Positions 52,668 through 62,135 of a stretch of 64,000 nt of DNA are shown piece by piece; position 1 is the first letter of the stretch; each line of letters starts with the position of its first letter. A model generated the notes under the pieces. That model saw nothing but the letters and a program-made list of their open reading frames with translations. It was not told the DNA's origin and did no database searches. The DNA lies in assembly GCA_964493485.1 (NCBI GenBank), contig CAZBMQ010000004.1, positions 4,340-68,339 of the forward strand, in the 5' to 3' direction. A program made the position numbers and the translations under genes. The DNA comes from an uncultured Candidatus Saccharibacteria bacterium. GTDB lineage: Bacteria > Patescibacteriota > Minisyncoccia > Minisyncoccales > JANBVM01.

Positions 52668-53450
52668 TTAACTTTTCTTATTAAACGCATATACAGCAGC
52701 GGCGACCATTACTGTGGAAAAAACAACGAGAAACAAAGCGTTGATATGGATTGGGTATAAAACAATGTTTTGTATAACTTCAGGGGCAATTTGGGTATTC
52801 AGAATAATTTGCCTTAAAGCGTCTACACCATAGGTAAGCGGATTAATATTGGAAAGCACAGACATCCATCTTGGCACCGCAGTAAGCGGAAAAAATGCTC
52901 CTGAAAGAAAAAACATAGGGAAAATAAACACTTGCATAAGAAGTCCGAAACTTTCGGTTGTCTTCATAAGAGAGGCGATAAGGAGTCCTATGGCAGAAAT
53001 AGTAAAAGACAAAAGAAGTATAAAAATGAAAAGCTCTGGAATGATGGCGAGATGAATATTAATACCAATAAAGGGAGCAAGAATTAACAATATCAGAGCC
53101 TGAAGCGCAGCAATGGTGGTGGCTCCTAAAGTTTTGCCTATAGCTATAGCAGTGCGCGAAACCGGCGCGACAAGAATCTCCTTCAAAAAACCGAATTCTC
53201 TATCCCAAACAGTTGAGATACTGGAGAAAAAAGCGACCCCCATGACGCTCATCGCGATTATACCAGGATACATAAATTGGGTAAAATCGATTCCAAAGTT
53301 GCCTTGGGCAAGCGTTTGCTTAAGTCCCGTGCCAAAAATAGCCAAAAACATCAAAGGCTGAAGCAGAGTTGAAATAATCCGTGTTTTATTCCTTATGTAG
53401 CGGATTATTTCTCTTTGCCAAATTATATAGATTGTTTGAATAAAATTCAT
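52668..53450 (-). CDS. ABC-2 type transporter permease
   Basis: 260 aa with 6 TM helices and the typical ABC-2 N-terminus (IWQREIIRYIRNK). Confidence 0.8.
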   Translation of the reverse strand: MNFIQTIYIIWQREIIRYIRNKTRIISTLLQPLMFLAIFGTGLKQTLAQGNFGIDFTQFMYPGIIAMSVMGVAFFSSISTVWDREFGFLKEILVAPVSRTAIAIGKTLGATTIAALQALILLILAPFIGINIHLAIIPELFIFILLLSFTISAIGLLIASLMKTTESFGLLMQVFIFPMFFLSGAFFPLTAVPRWMSVLSNINPLTYGVDALRQIILNTQIAPEVIQNIVLYPIHINALFLVVFSTVMVAAAVYAFNKKS

Positions 53451-53458
53451 AATTTTAT

Positions 53459-54433
53459 TTATCTACCACCCCGCATGCGCATTTGTTCACGCATACGATC
53501 TTTTGAGGACGCTTCTTTCTCTCTAATAGTGCAACCTGTTAATAAAAGAAACACATCATCAAGCGTGGGCTTTCGCAATTCTATAGAATCAATCTTAGTA
53601 TCAAGTTCATTAAAGAGACGGGACAAAAACTTTTCTCCGTCTTCAACTTCTATCTGCAGTGTTTCGTCTTCTTCTTTGATTTTTCTTTCATATCGTCTTT
53701 CAAGTTCCTTTTTAAGTTTTTGTTTATCGTTTGATTTGATACGAATAACATCTCCGCCTACCTGTTTTTTAAGATTCGCGGGAGTATCCATTGCTACTAT
53801 TTTTCCATAATCAATAATTCCAATTCTATCGCAATATTCTGCTTCGTTCATATAATGAGTGGTCATAAAAATTGTTATATTGCGCTCACGTTTGAGTTTC
53901 AGGATATATTCCCAGATGTGTACGCGAGTTTGTGGATCAAGCCCCAAAGTCGGCTCGTCCAAAAAAAGTATTTGCGGATAATGAATAAGACCCCGCGCAA
54001 TTTCAAGTCGTCGTTTCATTCCCCCGGAAAATGTTTTGATGATGTCTTCTCTTCGATCCCACAAATCAACAAGCCGCAAAACCTCCTCCATCCGCTTTTT
54101 GTATTCGGTTTTGGGTACACCATAAAGTTTTGCGTGGAAGCGAAGATTTTCTTCCGCTGTTAAGCGGTCGTCAAGAGAGGGATCTTGAAAGACAAGCCCG
54201 ATTGATTTTCGTACATTGTCCCTTTCGGTTAACACATCAAAATTATTTATTGTGGCAGTACCTTCTGTGGGAATTAAGAGCGTTGAAAGCATATTAATGG
54301 TCGTGGATTTTCCGGCACCGTTAGGTCCGAGAAAACCAAAAATTTCTCCCCTTTTTACTTCAAAGGAGATATGATCAACAGCGGTAAGACCGTTGAATTT
54401 TTTGGTTAGGTTTTTTGCCGCTATAATATTCAT
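53459..54433 (-). CDS. ABC transporter ATP-binding protein (DrrA-like)
   Basis: Walker A GPNGAGKST, signature SGGMKRRLEIA and Walker B ILFLDEPT are present. Confidence 0.9.
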   Translation of the reverse strand: MNIIAAKNLTKKFNGLTAVDHISFEVKRGEIFGFLGPNGAGKSTTINMLSTLLIPTEGTATINNFDVLTERDNVRKSIGLVFQDPSLDDRLTAEENLRFHAKLYGVPKTEYKKRMEEVLRLVDLWDRREDIIKTFSGGMKRRLEIARGLIHYPQILFLDEPTLGLDPQTRVHIWEYILKLKRERNITIFMTTHYMNEAEYCDRIGIIDYGKIVAMDTPANLKKQVGGDVIRIKSNDKQKLKKELERRYERKIKEEDETLQIEVEDGEKFLSRLFNELDTKIDSIELRKPTLDDVFLLLTGCTIREKEASSKDRMREQMRMRGGR

Positions 54434-54691
54434 ATGAAGCTATAAACCCCACTAGAAAAGGTAGGATTCTCTAATAGTGTAAGTGAAGAGCATCTTATAA
54501 TCACAGAGGTCAAAAAGTTACACTTTAACACCTTCCAGATTTTAACTTTCTCAAAAATCCATTAGCCTAGTTTTTCACTGAAACAGACTTATCGGGTATT
54601 GCCAATTATAACTTTAATTTTAATTGGATTAATTGATGTGGTTATATTTTTATTACTTACTTTTTTTAATGATTTCGCGAATCGTATCCAA

Positions 54692-54898
54692 TCAACCGGC
54701 AAAATGCGAGGCAAATTGTTCAACCTTTGACAATTTAGAAAATACGAGCATATCGTATCCCATACCAAACGCAAGGAGTTTATCTCCCTTTTTAATACCC
54801 ATTGATTTATGAGCTTCTGTGGGAATAACCACTTGGCCTTTTCCGTCAAGTGTGGTTGTGCCGTAGAATTGCTCGCCATTTTTTTCCTTTTTTGTCAT
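54692..54898 (-). CDS. AbrB/MazE/SpoVT-family DNA-binding protein
   Basis: MTKKEKNGEQFYGTTTLDGKGQVVIPTEAHKSMGIKKGDKLL has the looped-hinge-helix pattern. I prefer the start at 54898 rather than the ORF-track start at 55015. Confidence 0.65.
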   Translation of the reverse strand: MTKKEKNGEQFYGTTTLDGKGQVVIPTEAHKSMGIKKGDKLLAFGMGYDMLVFSKLSKVEQFASHFAG

Positions 54899-55174
54899 AG
54901 CGCTAGTATATATTATTTTAATTAAACATACAAGTAGGAAAAGTACAACTATTAGTCTCATTGTATATTTATATTTTATTAATATCAAATCTTCCTTATT
55001 GCTGAAAAAAAGCACCGTCCGTCCAGCATGCGGGCAAAAAATTATTCCTTTATTGAAGAAATTTTTCTAACCTCCCAAAAAGAAAATAGAAATTTTTGCA
55101 GGTTTTGCTTGGCTTGCGAAAGCTAAGCTGAACCGCTGGATGGGTTAAGCCGCGCCGAAGGAACGGTAAACCTT

Positions 55175-55224
55175 ACCTTTTTCTCAAGAATTTTTGATAA
55201 AATAAATTTGAGCTTGGTTGTATA
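55175..55224. repeat. 50-bp inverted repeat, right copy
   Basis: acctttttctcaagaatttttgataaaataaatttgagcttggttgtata. Confidence 0.9.
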
Positions 55225-55278
55225 AAACCACACCAGAATCTGATTTTATGGCTTTTTCCAAGCCCAGAAGTCAGGTTT

Positions 55279-55354
55279 TGGTGGGCGAAACAGGATTCGA
55301 ACCTGTGACCCCTGCAATGTGAATGCAGTGCTCTAACCACTGAGCTATTCGCCC
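55279..55354 (-). tRNA. tRNA-Val (anticodon CAC), CCA encoded
   Basis: Minus strand GGGCGAAUAGCUCAGUGGUUAGAGCACUGCAUUCACAUUGCAGGGGUCACAGGUUCGAAUCCUGUUUCGCCCACCA. A full cloverleaf can be drawn, with a 7-bp acceptor stem, a GUUCGAAUC T-loop and the anticodon loop UUCACAU. Confidence 0.95.
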
Positions 55355-55433
55355 AACAGTATCTTGTATTTTCTTAACTTATCAAATTTTCTTTTATTAG
55401 TAAATAAAAAAGGCAGTTGCTCTAAACTGCCTC

Positions 55434-55892
55434 TCAAAAAACTAATTGATTCTCTATCTCCTTACAAAACTCAAAAGGAGACTTCACTGGAAAACCTTTT
55501 CTATTAAACCGGCGTATTACTTTTTCATTGTTCTCAACATACAGAATATCAAAATTTTTATTTAGAAGCTTCTCAAGAAACTCCTCCTTTCTTTTAGTAG
55601 ATCTTAAAAACCTTCCTACACAATAACACCCGCAATCTATTCCTTCTCTATTCAACCACCTTTTTAACTTTTTCTCTAAGAAATAAGGGCGAGATGAAAG
55701 AACAATTAACTTATATCTGTCTTCAATCTTTCGAATAATACTTAGCATTTTCTTGTTCGGGATTGGTTTTAATAAAGATATTAAAACTTTTACTAAATAA
55801 GGAAGTATTAAAATTTTTAATAGATTATCCCTCCCTCCTTCAAGTTTCGTAAAAACACCATCAAAATCAAAAACAATAACAATCTTCTTCAT
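55434..55892 (-). CDS. HAD-superfamily-like hydrolase (tentative)
   Basis: The N-terminus MKKIVIVFDFDGVF carries the DxDG motif I. Confidence 0.45.
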   Translation of the reverse strand: MKKIVIVFDFDGVFTKLEGGRDNLLKILILPYLVKVLISLLKPIPNKKMLSIIRKIEDRYKLIVLSSRPYFLEKKLKRWLNREGIDCGCYCVGRFLRSTKRKEEFLEKLLNKNFDILYVENNEKVIRRFNRKGFPVKSPFEFCKEIENQLVF

Positions 55893-55982
55893 CGTCCCAT
55901 CTCTTTTTTGTTTTAAGTTCTGGCTTATTTTACAATAACTTAAATAAAAAGTAAAATACTTTAAGAGATATTAATCTTTTCT

Positions 55983-58067
55983 ATGAGAGTTTTTGAATTC
56001 CATTTCAATCCAAAATTAGAGATAGATGTGGTTTTTGATAGTTTCTGCTATGAACCAGAAAACATTTACGAAAGAAAAATGGGAAGTCTTTATATGGTTG
56101 GACTTTTAAAAAATGTGCTACCCAAAAATGTCAAGCTTGTAGAAAGGTTAGCAAAGACAATTAAAGACAAGTTTTACCGCTCCACCCTTTTTACCTCAGA
56201 AAAAGCATTAAAAGAAAGTTTAAAGCTAGCGAATGAATTCTTAGAAGACCTCAGTCAAAGAGGAGATGTAAGCTGGCTTGGAAATTTAAACTTCACTGTG
56301 CTTTCTCTTAAGGATTTCAAACTTCATTTTGCAAAAGTGGGAGATATAAAAATATTAGTAATAAGAGAAGGCAAAATAATAGACATTGACCAAAAAGTAA
56401 AACTTCCAGAAATAGAACCGTATCCTTTAAAAGTATTCAGTAATACAGTCTCTGGAAAATTAGCAGAAAATGATTTGATACTAGTAATGACCAAGGAAAT
56501 ATTTGAGCTATTTCAAAAAGAAAACTTACTTGAAGAAATTGCTCAATTGTCTCCTTTCAATGAAAAAGGATTCAAAGAAATTCTAAATGAAAAACAAAAG
56601 TTATTCTCTAATATATCTGGAGTTTTATTGGCTATCCTTCTTATCAAAGAAACCTTTTCCGGAAAAAAAGAAACTATAGAACCGAAAACCTTAAAAGAGT
56701 TCTCTCTTAAAGAAGCACTAAGTCCTGTTTTGCATTTTTTCAAAAAATCTAAAACCTCTTTTACTGATAAGTTTTCTTTTCTTATTAAGTTTAAATTAAA
56801 AAAGCCTTCTATCTCAAAACCTAAAGTTTCTCCTGCAAAACCTGAAATAAAAACTAAACTTAAATTCCCGCAACTAAAGATTCCAAAGATTAAATTCATC
56901 GAGAATATATTAAGTTTTTATAAAAAGAAAAAAGAAGCTTTTTTATTCAATAAAAAATTGGGGCTGGTTCTTGGATTAATAATTGTACTCTTGATTGGAT
57001 TTTTCTTTTCTCAACTTGAAGAAAAGGAAAAAATAAAAATCTATGACAAAGATTTAAAAGAAATAAAAGAAAAATTAACTAAAGCTGAAGGAGTGCTGGT
57101 ATTAAAAGAAACGAACCCTGAAGTGCTTCAGCAGGCAAACCAACTACTGCAAGAAAGCTGGAAAAAGATATCCTTATTATCAAAAGAAACAACAGGATTA
57201 CCAAGAAATTTTACTAGTCAAGTAGTTTCTTTGAAAAATGAAATCTCAGAAAAATTATATAATCTCAATAAACTACAAAAGATAGAAAATCCTGAGGTAT
57301 TCTTTGAGTTTAATAGAAAAATATTTATCCCGCACAAACTTTTAGTTTCAAAAGAGGGCATTTACTTTTTCAGCCCTTATACAAACAATATTTTCTTTTT
57401 GAAAAACGACGGAGAAAGCAAAATAATTAAAACAGAAGAAAAAATCCAATCAGCTCTCTCTTTAGAAAACTATATCTTATTTTTCTCAAAACCCAACAAA
57501 CTGCTTATTATTCCAACAAAATCTGTATTAGAAAATGAAACTGAGAAAAACTTTCTTAAGCTTTCTCTTGAAAAACCATATCCTGACTTTTATTTTGCAG
57601 ATGTGTCCTCTTACAAAAAAAATCTTTATTTTCTCGACAACAAAACGGGCCAAATAATAAAATATCCTTTCTTGGGCGAGTCAAACTGGGGTTCTCCAGT
57701 TTTATGGCTAACTCCAAAAACAACAAAAGCAATTGGAGTCAAATCAATTGCTATTGATGGATCTATCTGGATACTGAATGAAAACACAATCTATGAATAC
57801 TATTCAGGAAGTCTTAAAAGAACTCTTGATTTTACCCTCTTCCCTGCTCCAAAAGATTTCTCTAAAATCTTTGCATACTTCAATCTTCCATATCTTTATG
57901 TCTTAGAACCTGGACAGCACAGAATTGTGGTTTTGGACAAATCAGGACAAATTATAAAACAATTCCAAAGCGAAAAGTTTGATAATCTCTTAGATTTTGG
58001 TGTATCCTCAGACGGCAAAACAATCTATCTTTTGAATGGACTAAAAGTCTATAGAATTGAACTATAA
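55983..58067 (+). CDS. Membrane protein with cytoplasmic N-domain and C-terminal beta-propeller-like repeats; only long plus-strand gene
   Basis: 694-aa ORF with a TM helix near aa 330-350 (LGLVLGLIIVLLIGFFF). The C-terminal repeats carry Y..D...G.I motifs. Confidence 0.55.
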   Translation: MRVFEFHFNPKLEIDVVFDSFCYEPENIYERKMGSLYMVGLLKNVLPKNVKLVERLAKTIKDKFYRSTLFTSEKALKESLKLANEFLEDLSQRGDVSWLGNLNFTVLSLKDFKLHFAKVGDIKILVIREGKIIDIDQKVKLPEIEPYPLKVFSNTVSGKLAENDLILVMTKEIFELFQKENLLEEIAQLSPFNEKGFKEILNEKQKLFSNISGVLLAILLIKETFSGKKETIEPKTLKEFSLKEALSPVLHFFKKSKTSFTDKFSFLIKFKLKKPSISKPKVSPAKPEIKTKLKFPQLKIPKIKFIENILSFYKKKKEAFLFNKKLGLVLGLIIVLLIGFFFSQLEEKEKIKIYDKDLKEIKEKLTKAEGVLVLKETNPEVLQQANQLLQESWKKISLLSKETTGLPRNFTSQVVSLKNEISEKLYNLNKLQKIENPEVFFEFNRKIFIPHKLLVSKEGIYFFSPYTNNIFFLKNDGESKIIKTEEKIQSALSLENYILFFSKPNKLLIIPTKSVLENETEKNFLKLSLEKPYPDFYFADVSSYKKNLYFLDNKTGQIIKYPFLGESNWGSPVLWLTPKTTKAIGVKSIAIDGSIWILNENTIYEYYSGSLKRTLDFTLFPAPKDFSKIFAYFNLPYLYVLEPGQHRIVVLDKSGQIIKQFQSEKFDNLLDFGVSSDGKTIYLLNGLKVYRIEL

Positions 58068-58376
58068 TCAGTTTTTCTTCTCTCTTTTTAGCTTCCTTTT
58101 TTCTGCTCTCCTTTCTCTTTTTTGTTTTTTTATTTCTCTTCTTCTCTATTCCCCTCTTCCCTATCTCATACGCATTAATTTCGGATATCGAAAGTTAACG
58201 CGTATGAAGAAAATCTTAGGTTATATAATTAAATGTCATATAACTAAAGATTGTATAACCATACCCCTTCATCTCAATAAGTTGACAGAAATAAAAATTT
58301 ATTATATAATTTGATATCAAGCACTTTAAAAAGGGGGTGATAAAATATAATAATAAATTTAAATACCCCAAAAATA

Positions 58377-58826
58377 TTGGTGAAGTTTTACTTCACCAAC
58401 GAAAAATTAATTCCAGGGGGAATAAAGTTAGTCCCGCGAGCTGAAAAACTAATAGAGCTAAAACACATCCGGCAAGGGGGGGTGGAAGCTATGGAAAAAT
58501 TTCGGAAAGGCCGTGTGGACACGGCCAGCAAGTGCGAGAAATTCAGAAACATTGATTTAAAAAATATTTGGGAGAATCTCTCCCAAAACTTCAAAATCAG
58601 TGATATTCACATTTTTTTTCAACAGAGAAGTAATGGAATGAAAAAAAATGTGATCGTTGTCACCTTTCAAAAAACTGACAACAGAAGAAGGGTTAAGAAA
58701 TCATTAATAGACGAAATTCAAAAAAATTTCGTCTATCATGGAACTTGGGGGCTAATATATTATTGGGAGAACCCCAATGGCGTAAATACTTTAAATTGCC
58801 TGAAAAGGCAGCCAAGAACTAACTAA
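58377..58826 (+). CDS. Hypothetical protein (start uncertain: TTG 58377 or ATG 58491)
   Basis: 149-aa ORF. A strong SD-like GGGGGGTGG lies 6 nt before the internal ATG at 58491. The 5' 180 nt are unusually GC-rich and hairpin-rich. Confidence 0.4.
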   Translation: MVKFYFTNEKLIPGGIKLVPRAEKLIELKHIRQGGVEAMEKFRKGRVDTASKCEKFRNIDLKNIWENLSQNFKISDIHIFFQQRSNGMKKNVIVVTFQKTDNRRRVKKSLIDEIQKNFVYHGTWGLIYYWENPNGVNTLNCLKRQPRTN

Positions 58827-58871
58827 TTCCCCTCTTTTTTTCTTTTTGTAGAGACTTAAATCTCGATTTTT

Positions 58872-60269
58872 TTATTTTGGAAGCTTGAAAATTTCCTCGC
58901 CTAAGATTTTTTTAACTTCTTCTACAGAGCCAATGCCGAGCTCTTTTTTGATATCGTATTTTTTTAAATCAACCCATTCTGGCAGAGGCAACCCTGTTTT
59001 AATCTCAAAAAGATTCATCAAGAAGGTGGTAGCATAACTGCCTTTTTCTAAAATAAAACTTAAAATTATTCCTTCTGGCAAAATTTTATATTGAATTTTT
59101 TGTGGGAAAACCCTGCTTTTAATAAATCTTTTTTTAAAAACAATAAAACGGAAGGGTTTTATATTTTCTGGAAAATTTTCTATTTTATCTTTTTCTATCC
59201 AAAACCTATAAACCTCTCTATCCTTCAAATCATTACTCAAAAGAAGAGGAATCTTTTTGGGTAATCCCATCTTTTCATCTAAAGAAAGTAAAAGATTAGC
59301 TAAATAACTTGTGTAAGCATAAATCCATAAAGCAGTCTGGTCTTTAATAAAAATTAAGGCTCCCGTAAAATCACCTGGATGCTTCTTTAAATAAGAAACC
59401 AACCGTAATTCATTTCTAAAAGTGTAAGGAAACTCTTTAAAAATGCGTTCTACTTCTCTCCAATTTCGTGAAGATTCTGCTTCTTTCCGTAATTCAGTTA
59501 TTAAAGGAATCCCCTTTACTCCTTTATCAAATAAAAAAGAAAAAACAGCTTCCTCATATTTTCCTTGAAAAATTAATTTTCCAAGAATATGACTTAAAAG
59601 ACGTGGGGTCCCAAATCTTTGAAAATGATAAAAATTCAAAAAACCTTCCTTTTCTATTCTCTTCAGATTCTGAAGAACTATGTTCTTGTTGGCTTTCCCT
59701 CTGGTTCTAATAAAAATAGTAAACCTGTTACCATACATTTGACCAGGCTGTATCGAACCTTTCCCAAAAGAAAAATTAGTCAAGAAAAAATTAGGAAAAG
59801 ATAAACCTTTTATCCTCTTAAAGGTCTCTAAATCAATATTGGGAAAAACTATTCTTTGAGAAGTTAAAGCCTTAACATCTTTAAGGCCAGCATAACCAAT
59901 TTTTTCAGATCCTATGTTCAATTTTTCTGATAAACTAAAAATAGCATCTGAAGTAGAAATTCCAACTTTAATTAAATTAGTATAAAGACTGAAACGAGAC
60001 AATGGCGGTGCTAAAATTTTTTTATCCTCCTTTGGCTCTATTTCTGATAGTTCTTTATCAAGAGACAGCTCTTCCACAATAAAATCATAAAAATAAAGTC
60101 GAATGTATCCTTCTAAACGCTGTTTGAAAGGAATATTAACTCCAATATGAGAAAGAAGTTCTTTCTCTGGAATTTCTGGAGAAATAAATAATTCAGGATT
60201 TGTTTCTTTATAACTCTCGAAAACTTCTCTTTCTTTTTCGAATAATTTACGCAAAGAGATTTTTTTCAT
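58872..60269 (-). CDS. truD: tRNA pseudouridine(13) synthase TruD
   Basis: IGYAGLKDVKALTSQRIV (the catalytic GxKD motif) and NYFG/FQRFG-like YHFQRFG are present. Confidence 0.8.
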   Translation of the reverse strand: MKKISLRKLFEKEREVFESYKETNPELFISPEIPEKELLSHIGVNIPFKQRLEGYIRLYFYDFIVEELSLDKELSEIEPKEDKKILAPPLSRFSLYTNLIKVGISTSDAIFSLSEKLNIGSEKIGYAGLKDVKALTSQRIVFPNIDLETFKRIKGLSFPNFFLTNFSFGKGSIQPGQMYGNRFTIFIRTRGKANKNIVLQNLKRIEKEGFLNFYHFQRFGTPRLLSHILGKLIFQGKYEEAVFSFLFDKGVKGIPLITELRKEAESSRNWREVERIFKEFPYTFRNELRLVSYLKKHPGDFTGALIFIKDQTALWIYAYTSYLANLLLSLDEKMGLPKKIPLLLSNDLKDREVYRFWIEKDKIENFPENIKPFRFIVFKKRFIKSRVFPQKIQYKILPEGIILSFILEKGSYATTFLMNLFEIKTGLPLPEWVDLKKYDIKKELGIGSVEEVKKILGEEIFKLPK

Positions 60270-60292
60270 TATTTTAATTTATCACATCCAGG

Positions 60293-60328
60293 CAAAAAAA
60301 GAACTCTTTTGTGTAACAAGAGTTCTTT
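60293..60328 (-). terminator. Intrinsic terminator after rplL
   Basis: Minus strand AAGAACUCUU-GUUACACA-AAGAGUUCUU followed by UUUUUGCC. Confidence 0.8.
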
Positions 60329-60349
60329 TTTATTAAAATATACTTATTT

Positions 60350-60853
60350 TTACTTCAGTTCAACCTTGGCGCCTGCTGCTTCAAATTTCTTTTTTATCTC
60401 CTCAGCCTCTTCTTTCTTAACATTCTCTTTAACAACCTGAGGACCGGAAGCTACGGCATCCACCAAATCTTTTGAATCTTTCAAGCCCTTTTGAGTGGCA
60501 TCTCTTACAGCTTTAATCACTTCTATCTTTTTTGGACCTACATCAGTCAAAACAATATTAAAGACACTCTTTTCTTCTGCTGGTGCGCCTCCGCCGGCCC
60601 CTCCACCTGCTGGAGCAGCTGCTGCTACTACCTGAGGAGCGGCTGAAACACCAAATTTCTTTTCTAAAATCTTTACCAGCTCTGCTAAATCCAAAACACT
60701 CATTTTTTCAATTTCTTCAACTATCTTCTTAAATTTCTCAGGAACCTCAATCTTCTCTTCTTCTGCTGGTGTTTGTTCTTTTGTTTCTTCTTTTTTTGCT
60801 TCTTCTTTTTTTGCTTCCTCATCAGCTTGAGGATTTTTAGTTTCTTCTGCCAT
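60350..60853 (-). CDS. rplL: 50S ribosomal protein L7/L12 with ~38-aa acidic/Lys-rich N-terminal extension
   Basis: [33 protein letters not shown]...GAAPAEEK...[23 protein letters not shown]...[18 protein letters not shown]. Confidence 0.9.
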   Translation of the reverse strand: MAEETKNPQADEEAKKEEAKKEETKEQTPAEEEKIEVPEKFKKIVEEIEKMSVLDLAELVKILEKKFGVSAAPQVVAAAAPAGGGAGGGAPAEEKSVFNIVLTDVGPKKIEVIKAVRDATQKGLKDSKDLVDAVASGPQVVKENVKKEEAEEIKKKFEAAGAKVELK

Positions 60854-60864
60854 AATTTTTATTA

Positions 60865-61380
60865 TTATGTGTTTTTAATTCTGCTTAAAACATACAAAAG
60901 ACCTTTTAAGTTATATTGCAAAGCTCTTACAAAATTTGACATTGGAGAAGAAATACTTCCAACAAGTTTTGCCAAGAGCTCTTCTCTTGAAGGAATTTGA
61001 GCTAAAGCTATAAAATCTTCAGCCGGCCTGAATTTGTTTTCAAAAAATCCTCCCAAGATTTTCAAGTTAGGATTTTCTTTTGAAAAATTATAGACTATCT
61101 TTGCTGGAGAAACCTCATCTTTAAAACCAAACACCAATGCTATTTCTCCTTTTATCTTTTCTAAATCAGCCTCAAGCCCTGTATCTTTTAATGCTAAACC
61201 AATCAGTGTTTTCTTAACCACCTTAAATAATCCCTCTGTCTTCTTTAAATTCTGTCTAAGCTGAAACATATCTTTTACCTTTACTCCAGTAAAATCAACA
61301 AAAATCAGGGTTTTTTGTTTTTGGAGATTTTCTTTTAACTCTTCAAGTATTTTCTTTTTTTGTTCTTTTGTTTTAGCCAT
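60865..61380 (-). CDS. rplJ: 50S ribosomal protein L10
   Basis: [19 protein letters not shown]...[22 protein letters not shown], directly upstream of rplL. Confidence 0.9.
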   Translation of the reverse strand: MAKTKEQKKKILEELKENLQKQKTLIFVDFTGVKVKDMFQLRQNLKKTEGLFKVVKKTLIGLALKDTGLEADLEKIKGEIALVFGFKDEVSPAKIVYNFSKENPNLKILGGFFENKFRPAEDFIALAQIPSREELLAKLVGSISSPMSNFVRALQYNLKGLLYVLSRIKNT

Positions 61381-61411
61381 TTTCTCAAAAAAGATTAAAT
61401 ATAAAATAAAA

Positions 61412-61532
61412 ATCTGTGTTTTACCACAGACCAGAACTAAGAATATACAAAATTCTTGTTTTTAATATATTCCTAGGTAGGATTTACTTTCTTTAAAAGC
61501 CGAAGCTCTTAAAGAAAACCTACTGTCTGTGG
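61412..61532 (-). promoter_or_regulatory. rplJ (L10) leader-type structured 5' UTR with terminator-like hairpin
   Basis: On the minus strand, a long-range helix CCACAGAC...GUCUGUGG encloses a UUCG-capped hairpin (GAGCUUCGGCUUUU). The 3' arm can alternatively form CUGUGG-UAAAA-CACAG followed by AUUUUUAUUUU. The position matches known L10 leaders. Confidence 0.5.
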
Positions 61533-61551
61533 AATACTAAAGTATATATTT

Positions 61552-62097
61552 TTACTCAGCTCCTGTCAAGGCCTTCACTGTAGCTTGTCCAAACTCTCTG
61601 GCAGCCCCTGGACCATTTGCAGTAATAACACTTCCATCAACAACCACAGGAGCATCTTGATATAAAGCTCCTTTTTCTTCTAAAATCTTTATTGGTTTTT
61701 TATCTAAAGCAGAACTCCACACTGTAGCTTTTTTCCCTTCCAAAGCTCCTGCTTTTGCTAAAATAAGAGGAGAAATGCAGATTGAAGCTAATATTTTATT
61801 CTCTGTGATTGCTTTCTTTATCACTTTATATGAATCTTCATTGTCTAAACTCGAAAGACAACCAGGACCTCCAACAAAAACCACAGCATCAAAGTCAGCG
61901 ACATCTATTTCTGAAACTAATAAATCTACATCAGCCTCTCCTCCCTCAGCTCCAATAGCTATCCCTTTTTGGTTTGAGGCAGTTTTTATCTCAACTCCAG
62001 CTCTTTCCAAAATATCTCTGGGAATAAAATACTCAGGATCTCTGAAGTCCCTGAAAGCAATAATAATTACTGCTTTTTTATTTTTTATCTCTTCCAT
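61552..62097 (-). CDS. DJ-1/PfpI family protein
   Basis: FDAVVFVGGPG and the nucleophile elbow ASICISPLILA are present. Confidence 0.8.
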   Translation of the reverse strand: MEEIKNKKAVIIIAFRDFRDPEYFIPRDILERAGVEIKTASNQKGIAIGAEGGEADVDLLVSEIDVADFDAVVFVGGPGCLSSLDNEDSYKVIKKAITENKILASICISPLILAKAGALEGKKATVWSSALDKKPIKILEEKGALYQDAPVVVDGSVITANGPGAAREFGQATVKALTGAE

Positions 62098-62135
62098 AAA
62101 TTTTCTCTCTTAATACTAATAACAATTAATAGACA

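Larger units (their letters stand above)
52597..55224. mobile_element. Putative horizontally acquired cassette (ABC-2 exporter + AbrB-like) bounded by 50-bp inverted repeats beside tRNA-Val
   Basis: Terminal inverted repeats are present. The interior is visibly GC-richer: a 60-nt sample at 52681-52740 is 43% GC versus 17% at 52381-52440. The right end is 55 nt from the tRNA 3' end. No transposase or integrase is seen. Confidence 0.4.

Noticed and set aside
52597-55224. I considered calling the cassette an IS element or composite transposon.
   Set aside because: There is no transposase or integrase ORF inside or adjacent, and no target-site duplication is visible. It is reported only as an inverted-repeat-bounded cassette of uncertain nature.
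58057-58314. An 85-aa plus-strand ORF follows the 694-aa gene.
   Set aside because: It is read through a polypyrimidine low-complexity tract (FFSLFSFLFSALLSLFCFF...), so it is most likely non-coding.
58377-58600. I considered tmRNA, RNase P RNA, SRP RNA or a known riboswitch for the GC-rich hairpin region.
   Set aside because: I could not find the tRNA-like GGUUCGA T-arm or the ...CCACCA end of tmRNA. The RNase P GAGGAAAGUCC box is absent, and so is the SRP GGAA/AGCA helix-8 motif. The region is kept only as an unclassified candidate.
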